A DNA stretch of 64,000 nt from Octopus sinensis (Eukaryota): positions 35,712,001 through 35,776,000 of the forward strand of contig NC_043004.1 of assembly GCF_006345805.1 (NCBI RefSeq), read 5' to 3'. The translations under genes were made by a program, and so were the position numbers. The notes under the pieces were generated by a model. That model had not been told where the DNA came from. It made no database searches and was given only the letters and a program-made list of their open reading frames with translations. Each line of letters opens with the position of its first letter. Within the stretch, counting starts at the first letter, position 1. Positions 11,473 to 26,365 of this stretch are shown piece by piece.

Positions 11473-14400
11473 ATTTTTAATTTAACACATGCACATTGTT
11501 TGTTTTTTATATTGGTACAGGAAGTCACAAAACGTAAACATGAAATAGGAAGACAAACTTCGGTATGCGAGCAACGAGAGAAAGAAATAGAAAACAAGAC
11601 TAGTAACATAAAGAACGACCCTTCATTAGTTGTCGGCTTTCCATCTACTCCTTATTTCAAGCAATATATATATCAAAAGGTAATATTTGTAATATTTATC
11701 TGCCACTTACAAGTAGATGTTATGTTAGAACACAGAATACTGCATCATTTGTCCTGAGAGAACCTCTTGTATGAAGTTATGATGCATATAAGAAGTCATG
11801 CTTATATTGCTTGTGGGAGATAATTCCTTACTATCACTACTAGGACTGCCAAATCATGTGATTTTGGCCTTGCCAATGGCAGATGCCTGAGGCTAGATGT
11901 AGCAGCAATTTCTCTGTCTGAAATACATGTAAAATCTTGGCGTCTATTCAAGCACTGATGTTGCAAATATCCAGTGGCTTTACTAAAGAATAGTTAATTG
12001 CAACAGAAGTGGTATTAATGCCAAAAGATAATATTCATCTTCCACTTAAAAGTGGATTTTGTGTTAGAACACTGTATGCTGTGTTATTTGCCATGAGAGA
12101 ACCCTTTGTATGGGCTTGTGCTGCATACAAGCACTCATGTTAATATCACTTTTAAGTGGGAATAAACATTATTTTTGTTTTTAATACTGCTTTGGCCACT
12201 ATTAAATTATATATGTATATATATATATCAATATATATATATACACACACACACACATATATACTCACACATGCATACATCGAAGTATATACATAAATGA
12301 ATATACATAAATGCAACTATATACCTGTTTTGATCAGATTTTCTACAGTTGGATGCTCTTCCTAACACCAACTACTTTATATCATATACTGAGTGCATCT
12401 TATCATGAGATGAACACTAGAGAAGCTGTCATGTCCTTCACCCAACTAAAGAGTTCTCTCTAACCTGTGTAGCCTCTTTTCATTCACCAATGACTTTACA
12501 GAGTGCACTGGGTGTGGTTTTACCATGAAACCAGCATTAGAGAGGTTTCCTTGTTTTGTCCCTGTCTAACAAGTTTGCTATGCTATACATTGTCATAAAT
12601 AATTCAAAACAAATCTAACTGAGAGAGTAAATAGAAGAGGGGTGATGAATAAGATGGTGAAAGAAATTATATGAACATGTGTGATGAGGAGATGGATAAA
12701 GAATGGCAGTGGATGAAACTGAATATGGATAGGTCAAATAACTTCAATCTTTATGCAGCCATCATGGTACAGTAAATAGAAGTGAGAGCAATGGGTAACA
12801 AATGGAATAATAAGACCCAATGTAGATGTATTCTACACCTAAATCTTCATCGCTGCAATCAGTTTAACAAAGGTTTCTCCATCATTTTACTAGTGGAGTA
12901 AACTTTGTTGTTGTATCTCATTTTATCCATGGTAGCATAGGTGCATGGCATTTGTTGGAAGAAGAAACTTCAGTAAATAGTGCAAAATGCTTTGCCTTTG
13001 GCACTTGTTAAAAAGTATACACGCAATATACAAAATATACAACCTGTAAACAAACTACAAATCCAATATTTTCATGAGATTCTTGTAAAACAGAATAAAT
13101 GTGAAAACTATCCTAGTCCACTGTTGAAAAAAAAAAATAACACAGTATAATGCAGACAAAAATTTTCTGAACACAAAAAAAAACATATATCAACAACAAC
13201 AACTATATCACCTATCTTGTATATTTTCAGCAACAACAAACTATAATGTACCAAACACTGTTTCAGATTGTTGTTGTTGTTGTGTTTGTCTCTATCTCAC
13301 TCTCGCACCTGTCTGTCTATTTTCATCTTATTCCATTGGTTTTTCTCAATGCCTAAACCAATATTTACAGTCAGTCTCCTGTCTTCAACTCAAAGTGTTG
13401 TATTTACAGGATATTTTCAGAAAATAATCAGCGAGAAGTTTTTTTTTATTATTATTATTTATTTTTTTCTTTACGAGTGTTTATTGAATGAGAAAAGCAG
13501 AGAGAAATGTTCGCAAAACTTGGTTGTAAAAGATTTATTTATCAGGACGGTTTAGTCACAAATTTATTTAATAATCACAACAACATCAACAATAATAAAA
13601 AATAATTTCTAAATCAAAATGGCAAAATATTGTTATCACCAACAATTTTTTGAATTTTTTTCTTTTTTTGTAAAATTCAACAGAAAAAATACTAAAGGCT
13701 TTCAGAATTATGATGATGATGATGATAGTATTTAAAAAGACAATATAAACATCTTCATATTATATAACATAGAATTGAGTTATAAACGTGTGTGTGTGTG
13801 TGTACAGTTTTGTTTCCTCATAAATGTTTAAGTGTACGGTAGCTTGATAGCCATTTATTCTACTCTATCATACACACACAGATATACACGTATAAATATA
13901 TACATCCTTTGTGGTGTGTTGCACAACTATTTTCTACCATAGCCCATCACTGATCACTGCCTTGTGAATCTGGTAGGCAGAAACTGAGAGACACCTCTCA
14001 TATATGTTAATCTGAGCTTAGGAGGATATATTATCCAGGTGGATACCATGGTAGCTCCCAGTTATGTTCCAGGTTTTGGCCAACTGCATCAATTAGTATT
14101 TAATGCCTATGGCTGTAAGGAGTTATCTCTCAAGCTATAAATTCCGTTGATGGATAACTCTGTGTTTGCTTTCCTGGATGACAATATTATGTGTTCTGTT
14201 GTGTCTGGGGAGAGTCATTTTCTTTTTGGGCCTTATAATGTAACACACTCACCGGTAAAATTTCCACATATTTTTTATTTTTATTTTCCTAAAATTTTCG
14301 TTGCAAGGCACAACGAAAATTTTAGGAAAACAGAAATAAGAAATAAGTGGAAATTTTACCGGTGAGTGTTATACATTATAAGGCACTAAAAGAGAATGAC

Positions 14401-15339
14401 TCTCTCCAGGCACAACAGAATATGCTTCAACACACGAACTCATATAAAGAATCTTGCAAACCAAATCCAAAAACGAAATATTATGTGTATTAGCAATAAT
14501 TACAACAACAGAGACTATCGAGACTGGTGCATCCTCATAATTTATTTCCCTTTATTTTACAATGTCACATTTTTATGGCTATTATGACTGACAAGTGATT
14601 CCATTGCACAGAGTATGGGCAGTTGCAGATGCAACTGGACATGATTTTCTGTACAGCTTCGTTCGGGGTCTTTCCTTTTAAAATAAAAGGAAATAAATTT
14701 TGAGAATGTACCAGTTTCCATATTCTCTATTGTGATAATTAGTGCTAATGTGTGTGTGTGTGTGTACTAGTTTACATTTGCTTTCTGTGTAGGTGGCAAC
14801 CTAGAAGCAGTGTTGTTGTTATCATTTCTGTCAACCAGTTGTTTGCTGGCTTCACACATTTGAAGATGTGTGAAATAAGAGGTCTCTAACTTAAAACCAA
14901 GTAATGGTTAGTGGCTGGAAGGATCTATAAAAAAAAATGCTACAGTAATATATCCATCAAACCTATGCTGGCATAGAAAAACTGACGTAAAATAAATGAA
15001 TATATGGTGTGGGGAGGAGTTGCTTCCTTTCATATGCAAAAAAGAAAGTAACTTGGGCATTCAAAGAATAATGACTGATATGGTAGCAGAGTTGCTGCGA
15101 GTGATGTCCAGTATGCCTGCTGTCCAGTGGATGACACCAAAACAAGAGTAATGAGTAGCTGATACTTAATTTATACTAATTACTTCAGAGACATCCAGCA
15201 TAACAGTCAAAGCAGTTTTCCCTTCAACAGATTGGTAATATATAACGTGAATGAAGTCCAACCATAGTTGTTGATTAGAGGTTGGTTTATCTCATTCTCT
15301 GCTAATATTCTATCATATGTGTAAAGCTGTGAGCTGGGA

Positions 15340-15545
15340 GAATTGTCAGTACACCAGACAAGACACTTAGCGGCATTTTCCTATCATCATCATCATCTGT
15401 ATTCAAATTCCACTGAAGCCAACTTTGCCTTCCATCCTTTCAAGGTTGATGAAAAAGGTACCAGTTGTCTACTGGGGTCGATGTAATCAACTTAGCCCTT
15501 CCCCCAAAATTGCTAGCCATATGTCAAAGTCTGACACCAATATTG
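15340..15545 (+). mobile_element. Decayed tRNA-derived SINE, family B
   Basis: Matches the 40282-40503 family (TTCAAATTCCACTGAAGCCAACTTTGCCTTCCATCCTTTC..GTACCAGTT..CTGGGGTCGATG). Confidence 0.6.
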
Positions 15546-15554
15546 TATCCTATG

Positions 15555-15905
15555 TGGAAGCTTTATGGTTGAAATGTCTGCCTTGCAACCACTGCCTTTT
15601 AGGTTCAATCCCATTCCATGGCACTTTGAACAAATGTCTTTTATTACAGCCCCAGGTCAACCAATGCCTTGTGAGTAAATTCGGTAGAGGGAAACTGTGA
15701 GGAAGCCCATCTTATGTGTGTATGCATATCATTAGGTTTCTGTTTGTCCAGTCATCACTTAACAACCAGAACTACTTTGTTTATGGGCCCATGATGGTTT
15801 GACAAAAGAGACTGATGGAAAAAGTACAAAACTTAATAAGCTTTAAAGTTGATTTGTTTCACTGAACCTTTCAAAATTATGCTCCAGCATGGCCACAAGT
15901 AATAC
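15555..15905 (+). mobile_element. Decayed tRNA-derived SINE, family A with tail
   Basis: GGTTCAATCCC..GGCACTTTGAACAAATGTC..GCCTTGTGAGT..GGAAACTG core, then the tail ending GCTCCAGCATGGCC. Confidence 0.65.
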
Positions 15906-16099
15906 AAAAACAAACGAATACTGTTTATAGTTGCTATTGGAAATAGGGACTTCAACAATATGTAAATAACCTGTTATTATGAAACATGAGGTATATTCAA
16001 TTAAAAACAATTCTACTAAAATTGAAGTATGTATAGTCCAGTGAATTCAGAGTCAACCATCCCTCATATAGCATTATTGTATTACAAAGATAGTAAGAC

Positions 16100-17100
16100 A
16101 AAAGGCTACAGATTTTGATGCTTACCAAATATATGGCATTATTTGTTCTTTCTTTTCAAAACATTCTCTAGCAGCAATTTGAATTTGTTGGGTAAACATA
16201 AACAATTTTCTAACCAGAAAAAGGAGGACATCATCACAAGTGTGAGATGAAGAAAACAAACTAAACCAAATCACATAATACATGATTGTATTTTCGAAAA
16301 AAAAAATTGTGTTGATTTAACAGTAGGAATTGTTGTCCATTCTTTCTTCAAGCACCATCTCCATCAGATATAAATACATTATCTTCTTCAAACCAACAAC
16401 CATTCCGTAGTAAACTGACCTATTTCATATCTAATACCATTATTTATTCATACACTCTACACTCTGTTATATCAATACGATTTAAGTGCACAAATGTTAT
16501 TGAGATCTTACTTAAAAGTCATTCTTTCTTCAGACTTTCATAATGGTCTGCTTTGCTCTTTGGAATATACCCCATATATTCTTATACAGTAGAAAAACTT
16601 TAACTTGCACATGTTATTAAAACTTGATGGAATTTTAATGAAGTTTTTTTTGTTTTTTGATATACTTAAACTTTGAGACTCTCATCCATCACATTTTTTC
16701 TCTTGCAAGTTATAGTTAAATTCTTCATGTAATTCCAGTAGAAATCTCTCCCTAAGATACCATTCAAAATCTCTCTCTCTCATTCTTTTTCTCTTTAATT
16801 TTAACATATTATAACCAGTGGACTGTAGAGACATGTTTACTCTTGTTTTTCTCTTTTTTTTTGTTATTGAATATAACTTATTTCACAATAGTTGATTATT
16901 TTGTTAAGTCTAGCTCACTCAACTCCCAATGGCCATTAACAATCAATATTGGCGTTGCATATTACAGAAGACATAGAGTCTCCAGACTAATCCTAAGTAT
17001 TGAAGCTTCTTAAATATTTTACCATTAAAATCTTTGTCAGAAGAATGTTTTAAATGTTTCAGAATATATCATATTTAATACTTCAATTTACTTAGCTTTC
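16100..17100 (-). pseudogene. Possible very decayed L1-like RT relic
   Basis: Minus-strand ATPILIVNGHWELSEL (~Y..A.I.VNG..S) followed by KQE*TCLYSPL (~RQGCPLSPL). Other motifs are not clearly recoverable. Confidence 0.25.
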
Positions 17101-17289
17101 TTTTATGAGCACCCCACATAATTCAATCAATAAACAATTGCAGATTTACGTTGTCCAATTTTATGCTCAAAAATATATTAACTGCTTCATTTTATTTTAT
17201 AGACTTCACACATTTGTTTTGTGCTTCGACTACATAGCACAATAGGTAAGTGTGAATGGGTGAGGTGAAGAAGACACTATTATAGGCTT

Positions 17290-17450
17290 ATATATATATA
17301 TATATATATTAGTTGAAATTTACAGAAAAACAAAAGACGAAGACAGGTGTATAACCAGCAAACAGGGGTATTAGTTTGATGCTCGGGAAGGTGAGAAAGT
17401 CTTTTATGTTTTGAGCCTACACTCATCAACAGAAAAGAAAACAAGGAAAC
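17290..17450 (-). mobile_element. Short dispersed repeat (Penelope pLTR-like) with hammerhead-like motif at 17401-17437
   Basis: Homologous to 35340-35525. Minus strand CTTTT-CTGTTGA-T-GAGT-GTAG-GCTC-AAAAC-AT-AAAAG. Confidence 0.55.
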
Positions 17451-20400
17451 ACACACACACGAACACATACACACATACACTCTCATGCATATTCACACAC
17501 ACTCACACATACATTCATTCATATGCATGCGCACATGTGTTCACACACACACACACATACACAATACCATGTGCTTTGTTACATATAAAATTTCATATTC
17601 TAATCTTAAATGTTATAATTTCATATTCTCTGGGTCAATTCTAGTCTCATTCATGAAATCAAAGCACGAGACATTGCTAGGATGGAAATTAGTGAAATAA
17701 CCTGTTCTGCTAACACCCAGTGGTTTAGAAATCATTTGTTGAACAAGTATGATTCTTGTGGAGAGTGAATAGTCCTGTTAAATAGCGAATAAATATTTAA
17801 AATACCAAATTTAAGAGGAAGAGGTGGTAAGTCAGTATAATCAATAACATGATTAGCTGGCAAGCAAGTAAGAGATGCCTGGTTTGAGTTCTGGACATGG
17901 GTTTATTGTTTCCCCCACTCCCCACCAACTCATCATATACGGTTCACATATGAAAGCATATACAATTAATTAATTTACTTAAAGCACATTTAGTGTTGAT
18001 AAAAAAACTGGGAATACACCCAAAATATTTTTGGCAATATATGAGGCAATAACTGCGATATATTTCATATAAGCTTACACTTACAAATGGACATCTAGCT
18101 GTGATCAATGCCTGCTAAGTAAGTGTAGCATGAAGTTTTCAGTCAATAAACTGTATTGCATGCAGTATATATTTAAATTTTAACAATTATAAAATTCAAA
18201 GGGTGGAGCACCACCCTCTATATGTATTGACCTATTCAGCTTTTAAATTAATATATTTTACACCTAAAATATAACTTTAGGTTTCTACTTTAATTATTCC
18301 TAGCAAGTTGAGGGACAACAATTCTGCAACATGTTTCAGTAGATTCTTGACTTACTCAGCATGGAATTATATTTTGGCCCACCAAAACTAGTGTAAATCT
18401 ATGAATAAGCATCCAACTGCATGCCTAATCAATTAAAATGTCAAGAAACATTTTGGGAAAATTAGAGGATTGGAAGAAAGATCGAGAACAATGATTCTCA
18501 AACACTTCAAAGCAAATAAAAATATTTTGCTGAATTTTGTGCATGAAAATCAGAATATCTATAAATGAGGTAATATAGTTTAGCCAATAAATATAAATAT
18601 TTTAAAGTACAGAATATTATTAAGTAATTACTCTTCATTCAATAAATGAAATGCTGAATTTCCATTTGTATTTTTCACATGTTTTAAATAAAATTCTATT
18701 ATTTTTGCGGCACTCCTAGCTACATCTTGTAACACCATTTTGGAACCAATGAAGATGATGATGATGATCTACAATCAAAAGTATTAAACATATTTAAGTC
18801 CTAAAGGCTAAAATAGAGCATACATTCACAGTGCAATCTAGCAAGTTGTCTTGTTTAGGAGGGACTTGACTCTACAATCTGGCAAATTGCCTTGCTAGGT
18901 AGGAGATTAGTACAATACATTAGATGCAGTAAGTGTCTATCTATGTTCACTATACATCCTGCTCTTCCATATTAGAAGATCACCCTGGGTACTCGGTACT
19001 CTAAAATACAGTTTTTCTTTTTACCATAGTGTGGTAGTGAGGGATGTTATATTAGGAATCACAGTGAAGGCTAGCAAGGTGGATTCAGACATGTCATGTT
19101 GAGTTGTTGTCATTTGACCCATAGTCAGACCTTATAGAAGAGGCCTCTGATGAAAGGCATTCCAGCCATGACCACCCTATCTTTTATTTCAGATATTTTG
19201 TCAAGGATTACATTATTTTATGTACCCTTTCCTCATTCAATATTGTTTGAGAGAGATTTGGCTGCTATTTCTAGCAGCTTGAGTGACCAAAAAGAGGTAA
19301 TATTTGTTTGGCAGCCAGTAGAAGAATTTTTGCTTTGCTGCTGAGTTTAGTTGAAAAAATTTTTGTTATTTTATTTCATAAAAGAAACTGACGCTGAAAC
19401 AATCCAAATAACTGCAGAACAGCACCAGAAGAAAGAAATTTCTTCCACCTGTCTCCTATCCACCCCTAGGTCCAACACTATTAAATATTTCTATATTTGT
19501 CAATGCACTGTAAAACATCAGATTTACTCAAATTTAAGACAATGGAGAGGGTAGATGTTTCCTTCTGCTTTTTGCTTTTCTATAGAATAACTGTATTAAA
19601 GATGTATGTTTAATGAATTAAAATCCCTTGTCTTGCTCTACCAAATATACTAATACCAACTTTACTATTAAATCTTTAAGCAGAAGGCATCCCTAAGTAT
19701 TTTCATTTAATTGTTCTCTTAGTTAATATACAAACATCTGTTGTAATTCTTGAGACAACAAAAGATCTACAGTAATGGTTAGGATTTACTGAAGAGCCCC
19801 CAAAAGACTAAAATATACCCACACTTGATTCTACACTGCTAAAAAAAATTAGATTCAATCCTTTTTGCATTCCATATTTTATTTTAATTAAACAAAATTT
19901 TTGGTTTTAAGCCTACTAGTTGCTTCCACATAGTCTCATCTTAATGTTTTTGTTTGTTTGTTTTTAAGAAATAGGTGTTTTCTTGTGTTTAAGAATACAG
20001 TCTATTTTGTAGTCCATAAACTTGTTGAGTTTCAAAGACGGTGTTACAATGTCCTTCTTCAAAAAATAGACATAGCACCTCCATCTTTAATGCTATTTGT
20101 TCGAAAGATTTTTAAAATGCATGGGTAACATAATCTAGGAAAGGATGTATGTTAAAAATTTTAAGGATTTTTTGCAGAAACATTGAAGTTGTTAAAACGC
20201 AGTTTTGAAATTTCAGACAATAAAAGTGAGACTGAAAATTTGCTTTCTTCATGAAGACACTGTCTACATTGAAGGTCAGCTTCTGAGAAGTAACCAAACA
20301 TTTGAACAGATCAAACAAAGATGTTTGACAAACAACAAGTACATATGTTTGAAAGAAAAGAGTACAAAAAGAAACATAATTAAATGAAATTTATAGAGAA

Positions 20401-21869
20401 AAATTTATGAAAAATGCATGGACAGGAAAAGCATTTATATTCAATGGAATGAGAAAATATCCCGGAGGAAACAAAAATTATAAACAATTGAATAAAATAT
20501 GATCTGACAAAAAATATATATATATAAATAAATCAGATAGAAAGCGAGAAGAATGAAAAAATTAATTGTATTTCTAAAATATATTTTGTTCAGATGTTAT
20601 AGTATGTTTGTTCGCTGTTTTTCATCACTTCAACACACAATATATTCACTTTCCTTCTCTTATTTCAGCTCATTCTATGAGATTTCATTTATATTCACAC
20701 TTCTTCCTCTCTTTTACTATGTTTATATTATTCCTGCTTTCAAATTCTCTCATCTAATATGGCTAATTTTCCTGCCAATAATATGAAGAGGACTAGAATT
20801 GCTCTTTACAAAGATAAGGGAAAAAAAAACAATTATTTAGTCATTTCAAAAGTTAAATTTATTATCTATAGCACACATGTGGGATTCACATGACATTAGC
20901 AAAGTGCTGGAATCTTACTAATGGCCATGTTTTTGTTGCGTTGGTGTGTATTTTGACTCAGACTATAAATCTTTTATTTTTTTATCATATTTCATTGTTT
21001 TTTTTTCCTGCTTTCACTGTACATATTTCATCACATTATCTGTATATTCTCGCTGTATCTCTTTCATTGAAATGTCCATTCTCTATGCCAAAAAATGTTT
21101 GTTTTAGTCTCATCATTCAAAATATTGTCACATTCCTAATAAAGCAAAAATAGCCGAGAAAGAGCAAAATACTGTGTCGTATTATTCAGTTGTTTTAATA
21201 TTCCGTAATTAAACAAATTTAAATCTATTTCATCAAACATTTTTCACTAAATCCAAAGTGAAGATGGCTTGACTTAGGCTCAAATCAGAATGATTTTGGG
21301 GACAAAATACCCAGGTACATCTGCCTGGTGTAAAATAATTAATTACATCAGTGATAACTTATTTGACACTTTAGCATTTAAACCAATCATATCAGACACA
21401 AATATTCTACCTGTTTATGTTCAAACTTACCAGATCCAGCCTTTCACACCTACCCTACAATGCTTGTCTAAAAATAAGCAACCACATCTTTGAAATCTCA
21501 AAACCACAAGATAATGCAGAATTAATTCAAAACAATGTGAATAAATAAGCATTATATTCGACAGAGTAATCTAAACACTAAAGGTTTAATGAGTCAATCT
21601 CAAAAAGTTTCATTGTAATGACAGCTGAAGTGAAGGGACAGACATAAATATCTGAACTATAGTCAAGAAAGGCAGGGGAGACAACCCATAGAAGTAAATT
21701 CAAATTAATTTTTAAAATCCGTTTTACGTAGTATTAGATTAAAACAGCTATCTCTGAATCATATTACATGTAAATACATCAAGGAGAGAAAATTTACTGT
21801 GATGTTCATCCAAAGATAATATTTCTTATGGAAGTGTTGTTTTAATAAACATAATATGTATATTATCTT

Positions 21870-22230
21870 TTACTTGTTTCAGTCATTAGGCTGCAGCCAT
21901 GCTGGGGCGCCATCTTGGAAAATTTTAGTTGAACAAAATGACCCCTGTACTTATTAGTAACCTAGTATTTATTCTATAGGTCTACTTTGCTGAACTATGT
22001 TATGGGGACATAAACACACTAGCAGTGGTGGGAGACAGACACAAAGACACATACACACTCATATATATATATACATACATATAACAATTTTCTTTCAGTT
22101 TGTATCTACCGAATCCACTCACAAAGATTTGATAAACCTGAAAAAAAGAAGAAAAAAAACACCTGTTCAAGGTGTCATACAGTGGGATTGAACCCAGAAC
22201 AATGTGGTTGGGAAGCAAACTTCTTGTCAC
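21870..22230 (-). mobile_element. tRNA-derived SINE family A with tail
   Basis: Reverse complement of the GTGGCTGTGTG..GGGTTCAATCCCACTG..GGTAGATACAAACTGAAAGAA core plus the GCCCCAGCATGGCTGCAGCC tail. Confidence 0.75.
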
Positions 22231-23160
22231 ACAGCCACACCTGCACCTATAATATATAAATCAAATGAAAATCTTTACTACATACAACTCAGAAAACTTG
22301 GCTCAGCAGTTAAACATATTTAATGAAAAGGAGGAGAAAGTTAAGTTGCTTGTGAGAAAAACGCTGCCGACTACACACTGCTTCCAGCAAGATTTAAACT
22401 GGAAACATGTTAACTCAAAGCATGATAGAGTATTTGTTGCATAGCTCGGAGCTATTAGCGTGCCATATCTGTAGCTTGTGTGAGAAGAAATTTAAAGCAG
22501 CTACTTTCAACATTGTGTGCCACATTGGATGAAGAGAAAAAAATATTGGGATTCCACAGAATAAATCAGCTATTTTGGAATATACTTATCAGTCGAATTC
22601 TCACTAATATACATGTTTCAATGTCAGCAAGGAAAATACGAACAGAAAATGGCATAGGAATAAAAACTACAACTATTTTATTATTGATAAATTTCAAAGA
22701 ATAATGAAGTGGCAGAAACAGGAAATACCAAACTAAAACATCTTATATAGTCTAACCTCCACCACCACTCTCTCTCTCTCTCTCTCTCTGTTCTGTATTC
22801 AATATGGGGTTGGTTCAAATTCTACAAAACTCTCAGAGCTATGAGTTTTTTTCAAATCATTACTGCAGAGCAAATAAGACCAAAATTAAATCATATTTGT
22901 GACTAAGTTCTAAGCTGAAGTGACTTTGTTATTCTTCAGATTTACAGTCGTAACTCATTAAGAATCATTAAAGCAACAGGACTTAGTAAACCAAACAGCA
23001 CCATAATAACAATTAATAATTGTGCCTTGTCCCTTATGTTGGTGGGTAACCCCTGGTAATTTTCATGGGATAAGGAAAAGGGTCAAAACACTTACTAGGA
23101 GGAATTCACTGCCCAAACAAACATCAATTCTTGTATTGAGAGATTGAGTACAGAAGCACC

Positions 23161-23300
23161 CCCAAGTACATTTAGTTCTCTGAAGTACATTTAGTTACCC
23201 CTAGTACATTAAGCCACCCTATGTACATTTATTTATACCAGGTAATGTAGTTATCCCAAATGCATGTAGTTACCCCAGGTAAATTTAGTTATCCTAAGTA
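23161..23300 (+). repeat. Degenerate ~19-20-bp minisatellite (GTACATTTAGTTACCCC-like), about 7 units
   Basis: Repeated AGTACATTTAGTT / GTAAATTTAGTTATCC / ATGTAGTTACCCC units. Confidence 0.7.
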
Positions 23301-25791
23301 GTTTTACAAATTGAAATCTTACCATAGTTGTATAATGGTTTTCAATTTTTATAAAATAAGTACCAGTAGATATTGTGGTAAAAATCATCCTGTTTTACTT
23401 TACTTCATTTACAAAATGAGATTTGTGTCAAAGTATTAAAAAAAAAAAAAAGTTTTCAACAAGCTGTAGAAACATTTCCCTCCAAAAAATGGATAACATT
23501 TGAGGAAGAAAATTTTATCTTATAACACAGCATTATTACATGAATAAATACTTTTATTAAAAGCTACAGTTCTTTGCAACATTCTAAATGTAATTATGAA
23601 TGGCAGCATAAATGCATGTGATACAATGTTGTTTGCAAGTGCTATCAAAGCTCTCTAACTGCATCAATGTTGCTGTTTTTATATGCATTATTTATATTTT
23701 TATATTTTGAATCTATATGTATGCACATGTGTATATAAACCTGTACAAATGTCTGTATTTATATGTCTGCAAGTATATTGTATAAGAATTTTATATTTAT
23801 TAGTTTGAAAAACCAAATTTTTATTTTACAAGTATGAGAGAATGGAAACCCAGGCCCAATGATTTAAATTTGTTTTTCTTTTTTCACTGTTTATTTTATT
23901 CATTCAATAAAAATTTTCATTCATTTGCTTTTCTTCCTCTCAGAAAACCATTTTAGCCCTCATTTTTCTTACACTTCTTTCTCTCTTTCCTTCTTTTACT
24001 ACCCTTACCAGATTTTATTCCTGCAATTCTTAAAGCAAAAAACATTTATTCCTCCACCATCACCACCATCACCTTCAGAAAGGTAACATATATAAAGTTT
24101 TATTTGATATTTCATTCATTGTTTATTTGGAAGTGTTCATGGGTTTTCTGGGAGGAGGGAACAGATAATAACATTTCCAAAGCCATTCTTTCCGTGTAAC
24201 TTTCTTTCAGAGCAATACAAATCAAGCTTGAATCATTTATTGAAAAATAAATAAATATCAAATCGAATCTATAAAACATTACAAAAAAAAAAACCTATGC
24301 AATATGCAGCATATGCTGCCTCATTTTTAAACATTGAAGCAATTATCATAAGATATTTTTCCACTATCAAAGGTAACCAAAGAATATAGTAGTCGAGTTA
24401 CTGTTTGAAAAAATTGTCCATAAAAAGAAAGACAAAGAAGAAAGCCTGTTCTGAAGAAAGTGATCTTTTGAAAAGAGCCTCCTTAGTAGAACATTAAATC
24501 ATTTCTTTAAGCAAAAAAAAATAAGGGGTTTGTGTATTATTGTGTTGCTATTATTTATTTCTTATCCTTTTTCGTAACTGCATTTTGGTTCACGTTTTTT
24601 TTTTTGTTATTCTTATTTTCAACATTTGGAAATATTCTGAATTAAGAATTACACTTTCTATAGAAAACTATTGATGAAAGTTGAAAAATTTTTCAAAGGG
24701 TTTTCCCATTTAACTTTTATATAATTTAACTAAAAGGTGTGGAAAATACTAAAATTTTAATAGTGGGGATCATTTCCCTCTGACATGTCCCCTGTGTTTT
24801 AACTTTTATTTATTTATTTATTATTGATACATCTTTTGTTCACTGTGATCATGTGATAAGGCTGATATTTATTGATATTGCAGTAAGAACTTTACAACAT
24901 TCATAAATCCCTTTCACTATACAATAAATTCTTGCTTTGACATAATGTCACACATTTATAGGAGACAGTTATCATCATCATCATCATCATTATTATTATT
25001 ATTATTTATTGATTTCATTCTAGTATTAATTTTATTGATCCCAAGAAGGTTTGAACTTGAAACCCAGTAAAATGAAACTAGTCTACTCTCAGTGACTCTT
25101 TCAGAAAGGAGTGGTGTGGTGAGGCAACATAAAACAGAACAGCCTGTAGATATACACAATAAAATGTTTACAATGGATATGAACTGACAATCTTAATACC
25201 TTACTCAGCCAGTCAGTTCACACTTGCTCAGATATCTAACATATACAGAATTATAAACAGCTATTCTAATAGATTCTTACTGAAGTGGCCTTTGTTCAGC
25301 TCAGACGCCCATCCATAATGTTATAGATTTTTGTAATGACAGGAGCCTAGGTACAGATATAAATTCTTCACGTGCTGCCTTCCAAAACACATTCATGGGG
25401 AACAAAAACGTAATAATAATAAATAAATTAAAACCCTATTGCCAAAAAAATATCCCAGATTTCATTGACAGAAAGTGTCTGACAGTTGAAAATTGAATAA
25501 GAAGTAAATTAATAGCTGTATTTTCTGCTGAATCTGTTTAACGTCCTTATGTCAACCAACAAAGGGTTCAGCTAATAGGGTTCCAAGCAATTTGTAAAGA
25601 GGTCAGCAGCTTCTCTTTTTTGTGTGTGTTACTGAAGACAATTTTTAGAGTCAGAGATTACAAAGCTGTAGACACAGTAAATTGGTATGGCTCATAAATA
25701 TAGGCAGTGAGAGCACTAGTTCAGATAAGAAAAGGTATACTATTAATAAACAAATTTTCAAGTAAATGGTATTTAGATGTAAACAAAAATA

Positions 25792-26011
25792 CCCTTTCGT
25801 TACTGACCCACCTGAAATTGGCTCTGGCTCTGAGTACAAATGTCTTGTTTTCGTAAGTTTTGAATTAAAATCTTCCATCAAACCTTAATCACTATTTACG
25901 TTCCTAACACTAATTGAATGATAACTAAGTTATTTTACTAAATTCTTCGTTATATATAAGGTAATTGAAAGAAACACAGAGCATCTCAACAGAAATACAA
26001 TAACGAAAGGG
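25792..26011 (+). mobile_element. 220-bp TTAA-type (piggyBac-like) MITE
   Basis: Ends CCCTTTCGTTAC ... TAACGAAAGGG|TTAA. An inverted homologous copy lies at 28578-28797. Confidence 0.75.
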
Positions 26012-26109
26012 TTAATAGGATATGAATATTCGCCCTCAAACTTTCAGCCCCAAATGTTAAACTTCTCTTCTTCCTCATGAAATAAATCTATCCCACTTTT
26101 TTATTTTTG

Positions 26110-26171
26110 TTTTTTCTCTTTTACTTGCTTCAGTCATTTGACTGCAGCCATGCTGGAGCAAATAAACACAC

Positions 26172-26204
<33 letters not shown>

Positions 26205-26365
26205 ATACAACAGGCTTCTTTCAGGTTTCTGTCTACCAAATACACTCACAAGACTTTGGTTGGCCCAAGGCTGTAGTAGAAGACACTTGCCCAAGGTGCC
26301 ATGCAGTGAGACTGAACCCAGAACCATGTGGTTTGGAAGCAAACTTCTTACCACACAGCCACTCT
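26110..26365 (-). mobile_element. tRNA-derived SINE family A
   Basis: CAGGCTTCTTTCAG..CTACCAAATACACTCACAAGACTTTGG..GACACTTGCCCAAGGTGCC..GAACCCAGAACCATGTGG..CCACACAGCCACTC. Confidence 0.8.

Noticed and set aside
11473-11757. C-terminal extension of the 381-aa ORF 10612-11757 as a novel RT fusion
   Set aside because: RTE similarity stops at ~11472 and the rest is read-through into flanking AT-rich DNA. The ORF also lacks the RT N-terminus because of a frameshift.
19300-25700. Host exons or 3' UTR in the less repetitive AT-rich stretch
   Set aside because: No frame with credible protein features bounded by splice sites was found. Short exons cannot be excluded without RNA-seq.
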